Shown in pieces: positions 1 to 12,340 of a stretch of 64,000 nt of DNA. Source of the stretch: Eledone cirrhosa (Eukaryota); the NCBI GenBank assembly GCA_964016885.1, contig OZ024741.1:47616001-47680000 (forward strand). The letters are read 5' to 3'. The notes under the pieces were generated by a model. It was given only the letters and a program-made list of their open reading frames with translations. It had not been told where the DNA came from and did not search any database. Both the position numbers and the translations under genes were made by a program. How positions within the stretch are numbered: the stretch's first letter is position 1; every line of letters starts with the position of its first letter.

Positions 1-1033
1 AATATTTGTCTTTTGAGTTACAAATTACATGTCACAGTATTGAGATGTCATTTCATACAGTGATGTTGTATAACAAAGCTACTCAGCTCTTGTATTAGTT
101 GAAAAATCAGATATGCATATACAATCATTGTTTTCCTATGTATAGTCCCGTAACTCCTGATAGTTGTAGGGGCACTATATTGACATACAGCATTGGGTAT
201 TTTAAGCCGGGCTATATTTTATCAATCCTGAAATTCTTACAGCTAGCGTATTTTTGTTACATAGGTGTAGCTATATAAAAACAGACAATATTTCCTGATG
301 ATTTCTAGACCTGTAGAAGTTACTCCTATAATAAAATGAATATACTTTACTCCAGGCCTGAGTACAACAGATTTCTTCCAGAGAAAGGAAGAATTGACCC
401 CAGTATTAGACTGGTACTTTTTTTTTTATTGACCTTAAAAGGATGAAAGGCAAAGTTGACCATGGCGGGTTTGAACTCAGAGTAGAGAGCCGGAATGAAT
501 ACGACTCATATATGCATATACACTACCCAATTAGCTTGTCGAGTTTTTGAAGATAAAATCTGTTGAATGCCATATTATATATGGGGGACACAATGTTGCT
601 TGTATTTCATCTATGCATGTTCATTCTTTTGTTCTAGCTGGTTTATCTTTGAATTTCACCATGTTGGTGCACCACATGCAAGTTTCAGTTGATCATATTG
701 ATTCCAGTATTCATTTCAACCTGGAATTTATATAATCAAATCAATCTATATTTGCCACATCACTAAGTTATGGAGCCATGTGTTTGTGATACAAACTTCT
801 AAACCATATATATGTCATCATCATCATTGTACACTGTAAAGCAGCTGGTGATAGAGAGGACATCCATTTATAGAAATCATATAATAAAATGGTTAAATGG
901 TCAGTAGTTCTGATTATGTACTGACTTAGTCTGTAATGATGTTTGGAGTGATATTGTGAACAGATGTAACATTTTAAAGATCTTTTGTCCACGTTTGATC
1001 ATGGAAATATTGTGCAAAATAATCTGTTTTATC

Positions 1034-1232
1034 TACGAGTGTCAGTGAAAAGTACATAGGCTGACCAAGATACTCTCATGGAATGATCACATGAGCTTTA
1101 TTTTTCAACATAGTCTCCATAAAGAAACAATGCAGTTAAGAATAAAGAGTTGAAATTAATGCATGCAAAATTTTATGTCCTTAGCATCACTTGTTTATAA
1201 TCAGCCTATGAACTTTTCAGACGACCCTTGTA
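1034..1232. mobile_element. Tc1/mariner-type MITE (~200 bp); further copies at 26534-26732, 58138-58309, 59233-59540 (internally duplicated) and a partial copy at ~1395-1450
   Basis: TA-flanked TIRs CGAG(T/G)GTCAGTGAAAAGTACATAGGCTGA / TCAGCCTATGAACTTTTCAGACGACCCTTG; shared internal sequence across copies. Confidence 0.75.
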
Positions 1233-3285
1233 TCACCAGGAATCAAAACCTATTTTATTGGTGTAAAATTTTAATCCTCATTGGGTCCAAAGCCAAGTCT
1301 GTTAATGGCTGCTACACTTGTATGCTCTGGATGGCTTTCAGTGTCCGTAGGATGTAGAAAGTGACCAATGAACAATTATATGATAACATTTTACAGCTCT
1401 AACATCACTCCTTCGTAATCAGCCTATGAACTTTTCAACTGACCCTCATAAATAGTATATTTTAGCTGTCCCTATCATTTGTTTCAATTGACAAGAGAAT
1501 TCACTCAGAAGAGTACAGTGTCCATAAACTCCTGTACCACATTAAACTACATTATTTAGATAGTTTTAAAAAAAAACAATTCAGCACTATCACATGAAAC
1601 ATTTTTTTAATCATTACTCTGATACTGCAAATTTTCTCAAGTAAAGATACTATATACATTTGAATTAGCAAACCTGTTTTTAGATATTTTCTGCCAAATT
1701 ATGACGGGATGTTTAGAGTTAACTTTCAAATGGTCCAGGTGCCACATGATAGAAGCAATTCACTGTGAGATCAATGGGTATTCCATTGCTATACATTGAT
1801 GTGTTTAATCTATCTCATGTGTATATAGTCTCTATCAAGCTGACTTACTCTTAACATACTACATGAAAATAAAGTATTTCAACAGTGTTCCTGAAGGCAT
1901 CTTTAAAATATGGTGGAGCCCATTTCCTCTACAGGTCTAAACATAGCCGATTTCTTTCAGGGAGGGCAAGAGAGTAATAGAGCAGTAGTGAAAAAGATAT
2001 AGAGGAAGAATCAACCCTCAGTATGGGACTGGTACTTTCTTTTATCGACCTCAGAAGGACAAAAGGCAAAGTTAACCTCAATGAGATTTGAACTGGAGTG
2101 AATATTGCAAAGTATTCTATTTGATGTTCTAATGACTCTGCCTTCCATGGGATAAATACCACAAGGTATTTTTGTTTATAACACAGATATATTGATATTT
2201 TCTGTCCAATGTGTCTCCTGCAAAATTAAAGTTTCCTCAATTCTATTTAGTTTCCATTCTTTCAAAGTAAACTTGACTGGGAGTGTGAATAGGAAGGGAG
2301 TAGTGACTAAGAGAAGGTGAAATAGAAGAAAGTATGAATATATGTGTAACAGTGGAAACAGAAAAGTAATAAGAGATTAGTGGAGGAGGTAATATAAGAG
2401 ACAGTGATAGTGACATGTTGATTGGTAGTTGGTAGAATAGAAAACAGTGAGAGCAGTGTGATAGGATATCAATAAAGCTGGGTGATGTTAAAGAGAGAGT
2501 GATGGATAACAACACAAATGGAAGATAGTAAGTGAAGGTAGTAGATATCAGTGATGGTTAGTGGTAGATAGTAACAGTGGGTGTTGAATATGAACAGATT
2601 TAATGCCATCTCTTGTTAAACAGCATGATACAGGGAATAAGATAGATAAGGTAACATATAGGGCAATACAGGGAAGCATTTTCTTTTTCTTCTACTCTCA
2701 AATACTATATATGACATGTATAGTATTTGTGATATCAAGCTCTGTTTTTTCTCCCAAGTCTCTCTCATCGTGAAAATAATTCTATTATGCATCATTTTTC
2801 TTTCTCTTAGCACAACAACAAAATGTTTGAGGAACAGAAAGAGAGGATTTGTTTGCCAAGTCATAACAGTGAGAAAGAGGGGGAGATAAAAAAGAGAAAA
2901 AGATTTTATTTTTCAAAAATTATGTTTAGAAAATAAATATTATTGGATCGAACCAAGGAAACGGGTACAACTTCTGGTAAAGGAGCAATTTGTTAAATAA
3001 AATATATTTTGCTCAAGAACTCAATATGCCATCTGGTCCAGGAATTGAAACCACCTCATGATCATGAGTCCAACATCCTAGCCACTAAGCCATAGACATT
3101 TTTAGTTATTTAAAACAATCTCCAGTTATCAAAATTAACTTCTAATTTAGGCACAAGGCTAGAATATTTTTAGGAAGGGCACATTTAACTCAACCCCAGT
3201 ACCTGACTGGTACTTTATTTTATCTTCCATGAAAGGATGAAAGGCAAAGTTAACCATGGTGAGATTTGAACTTAGAACTTAGAAA

Positions 3286-5433
3286 CAGGTGTTCAAGATT
3301 GCGAGGCAGTGTGTCGGAGAATTGTGATGTCATTGGAGAGAAGTGTATCCGGAATGATAAAGGTGAGCTTGCCCTCACAAGTGCTGAGAAGATGCATGGA
3401 AGAGTCATTATGATAGATTACTAAATGAGGAGAATGCATGGGAAGAAGAGACCCTACTCCAAGTAGACCCTATAGAGGGGCCAGCAGTACAAGTCAGCAG
3501 CAGCGTAGTAAGTAAGGCAATCAAAGATATGAAGATGGGGAAGGCAACCGGTCCATCGGGTATAGCTGCCGAGATGCTGAAGGCATCTGGGTCTGTAGGT
3601 CACACTATAACCACACGTATTGTTAACCAGGTAATACTAGAAGGTGTCATACCAAAAGATTGGTGCAGTAGCATCATTGTCAACTGCTACAAAGGTAAAG
3701 GTGATGCACTAGATAGAGGAAACTATAGAGGTATAAAGCTGATGGACCAGGTCATGAAAGTAACAGAAAGAGTTATAGCACAGTTGATTAGGGACCGGGT
3801 GAAACTAGACGAGATGCAATTTGGGTTTGTACCAGGAAGAGGCACCACTGATGCCCTCTTCCTTGTGAGGCAGTTACAGGAAAAGTACCTAGCTAAAAGT
3901 AAGCCACTCTACCTAGCATTTGTCGACCTTGAGAAAGCCTTTGACAGAGTTCCACGTGCTGTAATCTGGTGGGCTCTTAGAAAACAAGGAGTAGATGAAT
4001 AGCTTGTGAAAGCGGTACAAGCCATGTATAGGGGAGCAGTCAGCAAAGTTAGGATTGGCAATGAGTATAGCGAGGAATTTAGCGTACAGGTTGGGGTCCA
4101 CCAAGGCTCTGTTCTTAGCCCCCTCCTGTTCATCATAGTCCTGCAGGCAATAATGGAGGAGTTTAAGACCGGATGCCCATGGGAACTGCTGTATGCTGAT
4201 GACCTCGCACTTATAGCTGAATCTATGGTAGAACTAGAGAAGAAATTCCAAACTTGGAAGCAGGGACTAGAAAGAAAAGGTCTCAAAGTCAACATGACAA
4301 AGATTAAGGTCCTTGTAAGTAGACGAGAAAACAGAACCCAGATCCCCTCAGGGAAATGGCTTTGCTCAGTATGTAGGAAAGGTGTAGGTAGGAACTCCAT
4401 TCTTTGCCCCAAATGCAAACAATGGGTACACAAGAGATGTAGCGGGATCGCAGGAAGCTTAATTAAGAATGTAGGCTTCACATGTAGCAGCAAACAGCCA
4501 CAGGAAACAAGTACCACCAATCTCTGGGAAGGCTCTGTAGAAACAGTAGACAGCTTCTGCTACCTAGGTGACCGAATTAGCAGCGGAGGTGGGTGTTCAG
4601 AAAGTACAATAACTAGGGTAAGAACGGGATGGAAGAAGTTTGGAGAACTACTACCTCTGCTAGCTGCAAAAGGCTTCTCCCTCAAAATGAAAGGCAGACT
4701 GTATGATGCGTGTATCCGAACAGCGATGTTGCATGGTAGTGAGACCTGGGCGCTGAAGCTGGAAGACTTACGTAGATTAGAGAGAAACGAAGCTTGCATG
4801 CTCCGATGGATGTGTAATAGTAATATACGCGAACGACAAAGCATAAATTAATTGAGAGAGAGACTGAGCATAAGAGGAATCAAATGCTGTGTGCAGGAGA
4901 GGCGGTTGCGTTGGTATGGACATGTGATGCGTATGAAGGATGACAGCTGCATAAAAAGGTGCAGAGCACTAGAAGTCGATGGAAACCGCGGAGTGGGGAG
5001 ACCCAAGATGATCTGGGATGAGGTGATAAAAGCCGACCTTACCCAATTACACCTCTCAAAGGCGATGACACACGACCGTGACCTCTGGCGTCACGCAGTA
5101 ATACAGAGTACCCGACCTCCCATGGGTACAAGCTGAAGCATATAGACAATATGCCCCCACACCCCCCACTGCAAGGTGGTCATGGAGGTGCCACGGCAAA
5201 AAAGCACCCAGCCCACACTGTAAAGTGGACGTGTAGGCGCCACGAAAAAGCACCCAGCACTCACTGTAAATGATGTTGGTGTTAGGAAGGGCATCCAGCT
5301 GTATAAATCAAGCCAAATCAGTTCCTGTATGAGCAAGGCATGGTCAGCCGACCAGACACTGCCCACAACAGGACAACCCGTCTAACCCATGCTAGCGTGG
5401 AAGAATGGACGTAAAACGGTGATGATGATGATG
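3286..5433 (+). mobile_element. 5'-truncated, degenerate RTE-clade LINE (subfamily B), inserted in a SINE remnant
   Basis: ORFs 3529..4002, 4006..4851 and 4852..5136 encode RT (FVDLEKAFD, QGSVLSP, YADD) broken by stops; (GAT)n tail at ~5421-5433. Confidence 0.92.
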
Positions 5434-5936
5434 AATGTGAAGAATCAGAACATATTCTGTAGTGGCATTTTATCCAATATTTTAGCAATTCTGTTAATTC
5501 ACCACTCTATAATTCTTTCTAGCATTGGCACATGGTCAGCAATTTGGGAGGAGGGGGGCAATTTTATTGACCCTAATACTTGACCAGTATTTTATTTTAT
5601 TAGCCTCAAAAGGATGAAAAGCAAAGTTGATCTCAGCAGAATTTGAACTCAGAATGTAGAAAGTTAAAATAATAATAATAATGAAATTTGTGTAGTGCTC
5701 AGGTGCACTACAATTCATCAAAGGTGCATGTATAGTACATAGAATAATGTACAAATATCAGGAAAGTGAACAGTGTATGATTCATGATATACACACACAT
5801 GCGTGCATGTGTATGGAGGGGAGGAGGAATATCAAGTGTGTTACTAAATGCCACAAAACATTTTGTCTGACGCTCTGATTACTGCTAATCCACCTCCCTA
5901 ACCAATTATTAATCTTATAGTTGTAAATTACTTTAA

Positions 5937-7385
5937 CCCGCATGTCACCTGTCAACTATCGTCCAGTCAGTTTTACTAGCTGTATGGCCAAACTGATGGA
6001 ATCCTATGTCAGAGAAACACTTTGGAACTTCTGGAGCTCTCACAGCCTCATCCGGCCCTCGCAGTTTGGATTTATCCCCAACTCCAGCTGCTGTGAGCAG
6101 CTTATCGAGTTCCTTAAAGACATCACCCGGATCACTGACAGCGGCTCATGGGTGGATGTTGTTTACCTTGACTTTGCTAAGGCTTTTAATTCTGTGCCAC
6201 ACAAAAGACTTATGGCAAAACTCTCTGCAATGGGTGTGAGGGATGATCTTTTCGACTGGTTGAAATCCTTCATTCTCAGCCGAAAGGAAGTAGTCACGGT
6301 TCTAGGACAGCATTCTTCACCATATGAGATGTCATCTGGTGTACCACAGGGATCTGTTGTTGGTCCCCTTTTGTTTGTGGCATATATTAATGACATAGAT
6401 GCTAACTTACAGAATGCCATGGTACTGAAATATGCAGATGACATCAAGCTGTACCTTGAAATCAAAAGGACTGATCCTGAAATCTATAACTCTTTCCTAC
6501 AATCAGACCTGGACACAATGCAGCAATGGATCAGACTGACAACTGAAGCTGGCTGTGGACAAGTGTACCACCATGCATTTTGGGAGGAAAAATCCAGCAT
6601 CAACATACTCCCTCCACAACACTGATATCAAGAAGTCCTCTTGTGAATGTGACCTGGGCATTACTGTCAGCAGCGATTTGTCTCTAAGATTGTCAAGAAG
6701 GCTGAGGGTGTCTTGGCATCACTCAGCAAGACCTTTGTTAGCCGCTCTCCAGCCATCTATTTAAAACTGTATACAGCTATGGTACGATCACACTTGGAAT
6801 TTGCATCATTAGTCTGGAACCCCTATCTTGCTCAGAACATTGACCGCCTGGAAACTGTTCAGAGACGTGCAACCAACCGCATACCCTCCATCAGATACCT
6901 ACCATACTCTGAAGGCCTTGCTTCCCTAGGCATGGATTCATTGAAGCTCCAACGTCTGGCAATGGACTTGGTAAACACCCACAAAGTTATTAACCATCTC
7001 GCCAACAACAACCCTGAGCACCTTTTTGATCTCCATGTGTCTAACACATGTGGACATGCCTACAAAATGAGAAAACAGCACAGCTCCCATGACTTTCGTA
7101 AACATTTTTTCACGCTCAGAGTTGCTGAAGCATGGAACAAACTGCCTGCGTCAGTTGTTAGCTGCCGAGACACTGCATCCTTTAAAACACTCATGCTTCC
7201 CGAGATACGCCAAAACTACACCTGATGTACCCCTTCCATACACATGCACACGTGTATATCATGACTCATGCACTGTTCATTTTCCTGACGTTTGTACTTT
7301 ACCCTATGTACTATACATACACTTTTTGATGAGTTGTAGTGCACCTGAGCACTGTACACAATATTTCATTATTATTATTATTATT
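5937..7385 (+). mobile_element. 5'-truncated CR1-clade LINE (frameshifted RT and C-terminus)
   Basis: NYRPVS, SQFGF, YLDFAKAF, GVPQGSV, YADD, FFTLRVAEAWNKLP; (ATT)n tail; 3'-end copies at 5668-5838(-), 37632-38043(-), 46510-46990(+), 53810-54003(-), 54125-54298(+). Confidence 0.88.
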
Positions 7386-7863
7386 TAAATGTATTTATGT
7401 AGTAAATAAATACAATAAACACAGACATTGGTAATATTATTATAAAATATCTAGTGTGATATCTCTATACAAAAATTACTATTAAAAATACATTTTCAAT
7501 AATGTATATATAGACTGTAAGTGAAGAAGTGCCAGGAAATGCCAGTGGAAGGAAGCCTCAATGGAAGTAATGGGCAGAAGTTGTGAGAACTGAGACTCGC
7601 AGAGGAGATGACAAAGGAACATGAGTGGAGAGATGTTGTGCAGAGAAGGACTCGTCCAACCTATGCAAGCTTGGAAAAATGATTATGATGATATTGTTAC
7701 CTGTCTGATAGGAAAAAAAAAATCTATATAAAAGCTATAACTTAGAATAAATTATTTTCAAATATTGCAATGAGGAACAGCCTATCATGGTTCTACAAAT
7801 ATATAGTTAGAAAAGCTAAATCATTATAGTAATTTCATGCAAACCTACCTTTAGTTATATTAT

Positions 7864-7896
<33 letters not shown>

Positions 7897-8012
7897 CCCC
7901 TCCCCCCCAAGATTACATGATGTTTTTACTGCCCATGACTCTCATATTCAACATGGCAGTTTTACATATGAAATGCCTACATTATGTGTGTGTGTGTGTG
8001 TATATATATATA

Positions 8013-11000
8013 GAGCCCCCACGCATCACCAGTATTATTACGCGGACCAATCAGAAACCAGAGGCCTATACTATCGCTTGCCTGGTTGCCTTTCGATATA
8101 CGATATATGATGGATGGATGGACTGCGGAATCCTGGAGAGTGGAGGTGAGAGAGAAAAATCTGGACGCTCAGCGACAATGCCAAAGATAAAGACAAATTC
8201 ACCCCTTGGACGAGAATGCGAGCACTCCTCATTGTTTCGACCGCGGACGGCTAACATAACCCCATCGCCCCCCGCCCCTCACCGCCCCCAACCCCCAAAC
8301 GCAATCCAAAACTTCAGAGTTGGTACCATAAATGTAGGCACCCTAAAGGGTCGCGCTAACGAGGTTGTAGAAATGCTTGAACGTAAGGAGGTCGATGTTT
8401 GTTGTATTCAAGAGACCAGGTGGAGGGGTGGGTCTGCTAGGTTCATTGAGGGTAAAAAACGTTGTTATAAGCTTTTCTGGGTGGGAAACGACGATGGGCT
8501 GGGTGGAGTAGGAATCATGGTAGCAGAAAAGTGGGCAGATAAGATAATAGACGTAAATAGAGTGAACGACAGAATAATTAAAATACGACTTGTCCTCAAT
8601 AGAACTACGGTGACAGTAATATCTGCGTACGCACCCCAATCCGGACTGCCCGGCACTATAAAAGACAGATTCTATGAGACACTGATGCTAACTACCTCCC
8701 AAATATCCGACAGTGACTATATAATTATCGCAGGCGACCTAAATGGTCACGTTGGACAACATTGTGACGGCTACGACGAAATCCATGGAGGCTATGGGTT
8801 TGGTACTAGAAATGAGGAAGGCTCCAGAATCCTGGAATTCTGTGATGCAAATAACCTAACTATCTGTAACACTAACTTCAAAAAACGTGACAATCACCTG
8901 ATCACCTATAGATCCGGGGAACACACAAGCCAGGTAGATTATATCCTTACCAGAAGACGTGACAGAGTGTCTGTTGTTAACACTAAATCCCTCCCCCATG
9001 AAGAATGCACCTCCCAACATAGACTGATAATTAGCGACCTCATAGTCAGGACGAGACGTACTCGACAACAGAAGAGGACTATCCTCAGGAGGAAAATATG
9101 GAAGCTAAAGGACCCCACAGCCAGGAATAAATTTCAAAGCATATTACTTGATGCTTTCGACAGTAAGGAAGAACATTTAGAGTCGGACAATATAGAGGGA
9201 GAGTGGGAATTTCTGAAAGCAAACCTGCTGTTGGCGACAGACGAGGTCTGTGGCTGGAGCAGGCCTGTAGGCAGGAGGAGAGTAACATGGTGGTGGAACA
9301 GTAAGGTGGCGGGGTCAATTAAGGCCAAAAAGCAGGCTTGGAAAGTATGGCGGGATGGGGGAAGTAGAGAGGACTATCAAGTGGCCAGGAGGGAAGCTAG
9401 GAGACAAGTGTACTTAGCAAGAAGGGAAGCTGAGGAAAGAAAGTTCAAGCATGTTCTACAACGCGATGACCAAAAACGTGAGGTGTTCAGGATTGCTAGG
9501 CAATGCGTCAAGGAAAACCGTGATATTGTCGGGGAGAAGTGTGTACTAAACGACGATGGCACACTTGCCATCACCGACGCTGATAAGAAGGTAGCTTGGA
9601 AGTGTCACTATGAAAGGCTTCTAAATGAGGAGAATAATTGGGAGAAAGGCAGTCTCCCCCATATCGACCCAATAGAGGGACCAGCAGTGTTAGTCGAGGG
9701 GAGTATAATAAGTAAGGCAATCAAGGATATGAAGACTGGTAAGGCGGCTGGGCCTTCGGAAATAGTTGCTGAGATGCTGAAGGCATCTGGCACGGTGGGA
9801 CACACCATGGTCACCCGCATAGTTAACCAAGTCGTACAGAACGGGGTTGTTCCGAAGGACTGGCATAGCAGCATCATCGTTAACTGTTATAAGGGTAAAG
9901 GAGACGCCCTAGATAGGAGTAACTATAGAGGCATTAAATTAATCGACCAGGTCATGAAGGTCACGGAAAGAGTAATAGCGCAACTAATCAGAGAGAGAAT
10001 TGACCTAGATGAAATGCAGTTCGGGTTTGTGTCAGGCAAAAGTACCACAGACGCTCTTTTCATAGTACGACAACTACAGGAGAAGTACCTAGCTAAAGGT
10101 AAACCCCTCTACTTAGCTTTTGTCGACTTGGAGAAAGCCTTCGACAGAGTCCCCCGCTCCATTATCTGGTGGGCTCTTAGAAAACTAGGCGTTGACGAAT
10201 GGCTTGTGAGGGCTATACAAGCCATGTATAAAGAAACAGTCAGCAAGGTTAGAATTAACAACGAATATAGTGAAGAGTTTAGCGTAAAAGTCGGCGTCCA
10301 TCAGGGCTCTGTTCTCAGTCCACTACTATTTATTATTGCCCTTCAGGCTATAACAGAGGAGTTCAAGACAGGCTGCCCATGGGAACTCCTATACGCAGAC
10401 GACCTGACACTCATAGCGGAATCAATGGCCGAGCTAGAGAAGAAATTCCAAACATGGAAGCACGGCCTAGAGTCAAAAGGACTTAAAATTAACCTGGCTA
10501 AGACCAAAGTACTAGTTTGTAGGAAAGAAAACAAGGCGGCGGTCCCTTCTGGGAAATGGTCGTGCTCGGTGTGTAGGAAAGGCGTAGGTAGAAACTCCAT
10601 TTTATGTCCTAAATGCAAAGTATGGGTGCATAAAAGATGTAGTGGGATCACAGGTAAGCTAACTAAGAACATAGATTTTACATGTGGCCGGTGCTCTGGT
10701 GCAATAAGTAGCAGCAAGTGCCCACAAACTACTAGCTCTTTCAATTGCGCAGAGGGTTCTATAGAAATAGTGGACAGCTTCCGTTACCTGGGCGATAAAA
10801 TCAGCAGTGGGGGAGGGTGCTCTGAAAGTACTGTAGCTAGAGTCAGAACTGGTTGGAAAAAGTTCAGAGAGCTTATACCACTATTAGCTGCTAAAGGGTT
10901 CTCACTAAAAATGAAAGGCAGGTTGTACGATGCCTGCATACGAACAGCAATGCTGCATGGCAGTGAGACCTGGGCATTGTGTGCAGAGGATATACGCAGA

Positions 11001-11746
11001 CTAGAGAGGAACGAAGCTTGCATGCTCCGCTGGATGTGTAACAGTAATATACGTGAACGGCAAAGCATAAACGAACTAAGGAATAAATTAGAGATAAGAG
11101 GGATCAGATGTTGTTTACTCGAGAGAAGGCTACGTTGGTATGGACACGTGATGCGCATGAAAGTCGATAGCTGTATAACAAAGTGCAGGGCAATAAAGAT
11201 AGACGGTAGTCACGGAATAGGCAGACCTAGAAAAACCTGGGACGAGCTGATAAACTCCGACATCACACACTTACACCTCTCCAAGACAATGTCACTGGAC
11301 CGAGACCTTTGGCGGTACTCAGTAACAGAGAAGACCCGCCTTACCTAAATATATAGTAAAACCTACTCCAGCCAGTAGGCATCTCTAACAAAATACACCC
11401 CGTCCCACCACCCCCACCCCCACCCGATCCACACCACCCCGTTCTATGTAAAGTTATGTTGGTGCCGCGCCATCGAGGCCGAAACAAATGAGATCGTGTA
11501 GGTGTCACGACAAAAAACACACAGTCCACGCTGTAATGTGGCCGTGTAGGCAACACGGTAAAAACCTCCCAGACCCACACTGTAAATGTGGTTGGTGTTA
11601 GGAAGGGCATCCAACTGTAGAAAACCTGCCAGACAGTCCTATGCGAGCAAGACAATCACTCTTGCCTCAAGTGGGACTACCCCCGTCCAAACCCATGCAA
11701 GCGTGGAACACGGACGTTAAACGTTGATGATGATGATGATGATGAT
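8013..11746 (+). mobile_element. Apparently full-length RTE-clade LINE (subfamily A)
   Basis: Starts after a (TG)n(TA)n tract; single long ORF; ~400-nt 3' UTR; (GAT)n tail at 11726-11746. Confidence 0.92.
8118..11348 (+). CDS. RTE LINE ORF: AP endonuclease + reverse transcriptase + PHD-like C4HC3 finger (start ATG 8118 or 8178)
   Basis: Uninterrupted frame. APE motifs TINVG, CIQETR, SAYAPQ, GDLNGHVG, VDYIL, SQH; RT motifs NYRGIKL, QFGF, FVDLEKAFD, QGSVLSP, YADD, YLG; CxxC..CxxC..H..C..CxxC at 10563-10694. Confidence 0.93.
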   Translation: MDCGILESGGEREKSGRSATMPKIKTNSPLGRECEHSSLFRPRTANITPSPPAPHRPQPPNAIQNFRVGTINVGTLKGRANEVVEMLERKEVDVCCIQETRWRGGSARFIEGKKRCYKLFWVGNDDGLGGVGIMVAEKWADKIIDVNRVNDRIIKIRLVLNRTTVTVISAYAPQSGLPGTIKDRFYETLMLTTSQISDSDYIIIAGDLNGHVGQHCDGYDEIHGGYGFGTRNEEGSRILEFCDANNLTICNTNFKKRDNHLITYRSGEHTSQVDYILTRRRDRVSVVNTKSLPHEECTSQHRLIISDLIVRTRRTRQQKRTILRRKIWKLKDPTARNKFQSILLDAFDSKEEHLESDNIEGEWEFLKANLLLATDEVCGWSRPVGRRRVTWWWNSKVAGSIKAKKQAWKVWRDGGSREDYQVARREARRQVYLARREAEERKFKHVLQRDDQKREVFRIARQCVKENRDIVGEKCVLNDDGTLAITDADKKVAWKCHYERLLNEENNWEKGSLPHIDPIEGPAVLVEGSIISKAIKDMKTGKAAGPSEIVAEMLKASGTVGHTMVTRIVNQVVQNGVVPKDWHSSIIVNCYKGKGDALDRSNYRGIKLIDQVMKVTERVIAQLIRERIDLDEMQFGFVSGKSTTDALFIVRQLQEKYLAKGKPLYLAFVDLEKAFDRVPRSIIWWALRKLGVDEWLVRAIQAMYKETVSKVRINNEYSEEFSVKVGVHQGSVLSPLLFIIALQAITEEFKTGCPWELLYADDLTLIAESMAELEKKFQTWKHGLESKGLKINLAKTKVLVCRKENKAAVPSGKWSCSVCRKGVGRNSILCPKCKVWVHKRCSGITGKLTKNIDFTCGRCSGAISSSKCPQTTSSFNCAEGSIEIVDSFRYLGDKISSGGGCSESTVARVRTGWKKFRELIPLLAAKGFSLKMKGRLYDACIRTAMLHGSETWALCAEDIRRLERNEACMLRWMCNSNIRERQSINELRNKLEIRGIRCCLLERRLRWYGHVMRMKVDSCITKCRAIKIDGSHGIGRPRKTWDELINSDITHLHLSKTMSLDRDLWRYSVTEKTRLT

Positions 11747-11880
11747 ATATAAAATGTGTGTGTGTTTGTAAGATTCTTGATGTGAATTAGTGTTGAAACT
11801 GATATTGTTATATTTGGGGATGGTTGTGTTGTCATTGTTGCCAATAAAAAAAAAAGAACCATATGATTTTCACTTCATCT

Positions 11881-12340
11881 TTCATCACCATCACCACAGT
11901 TTAACGTCCATTTTTCCACACTAGTATGGGTTAGATGAGTTGTCCATTGTGAGACCAGTCAGATCAAATGACCATGCCATACAGAACTGTTTCTAGCTTG
12001 GTTTCCTAATGCCACACCATATTTACAGTGTGACCTGGGTGCCTTTAGTCGTCACCAACATGATCACTTTAGTATGGATTGGGGGCTTTTTGTCGTGGCA
12101 CCAAGACAACCACTTTACAGAGTGGACTGGGTGCTTAATTATGTCACCAGCATAACCACCTTGCAATGAGGGAAGGTGCTCTCTTTTTTCATGACACCAA
12201 CACGAGCACCTTACATTGTGGACCAGAGCTTTTGTTATGTCATCAGCATGACCACCTTACAGGGTGGACTGAGAGCTTTTAGCCATTTCAGTAGCATTGT
12301 GGGAGGGCATGTTCAGCTTTCCATGCTTGTACACATGGAT
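11881..12340 (-). repeat. Degenerate RTE 3'-UTR remnant with tandem ~48-nt units
   Basis: Reverse complement of the AACCCAT..AGTGTGGAAAAATGGACGTTAAA tail plus several CCAC..GTAAAGTGG units. Confidence 0.7.

Noticed and set aside
290-335. CTGATGA followed by a small stem (hammerhead-like)
   Set aside because: No GAAA/UH core or stem I partner downstream
3909-4844. Long antisense ORFs over RTE copies (also 10343..11158 and 28380..29066)
   Set aside because: Shadow frames of the RT coding strand with no independent motifs
7863-8117. N-terminal extension of the 1161-aa ORF
   Set aside because: The frame runs through poly-T and TG/TA microsatellite flank upstream of the element; the plausible starts are ATG 8118 or 8178
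8205-8260. Possible HDV-like ribozyme near the RTE 5' end (CTCCTCA loop, GCTAA motif)
   Set aside because: P1 has a mismatch, P2 is only 3 bp and not adjacent to P3, and P1.1/P4 do not form convincingly
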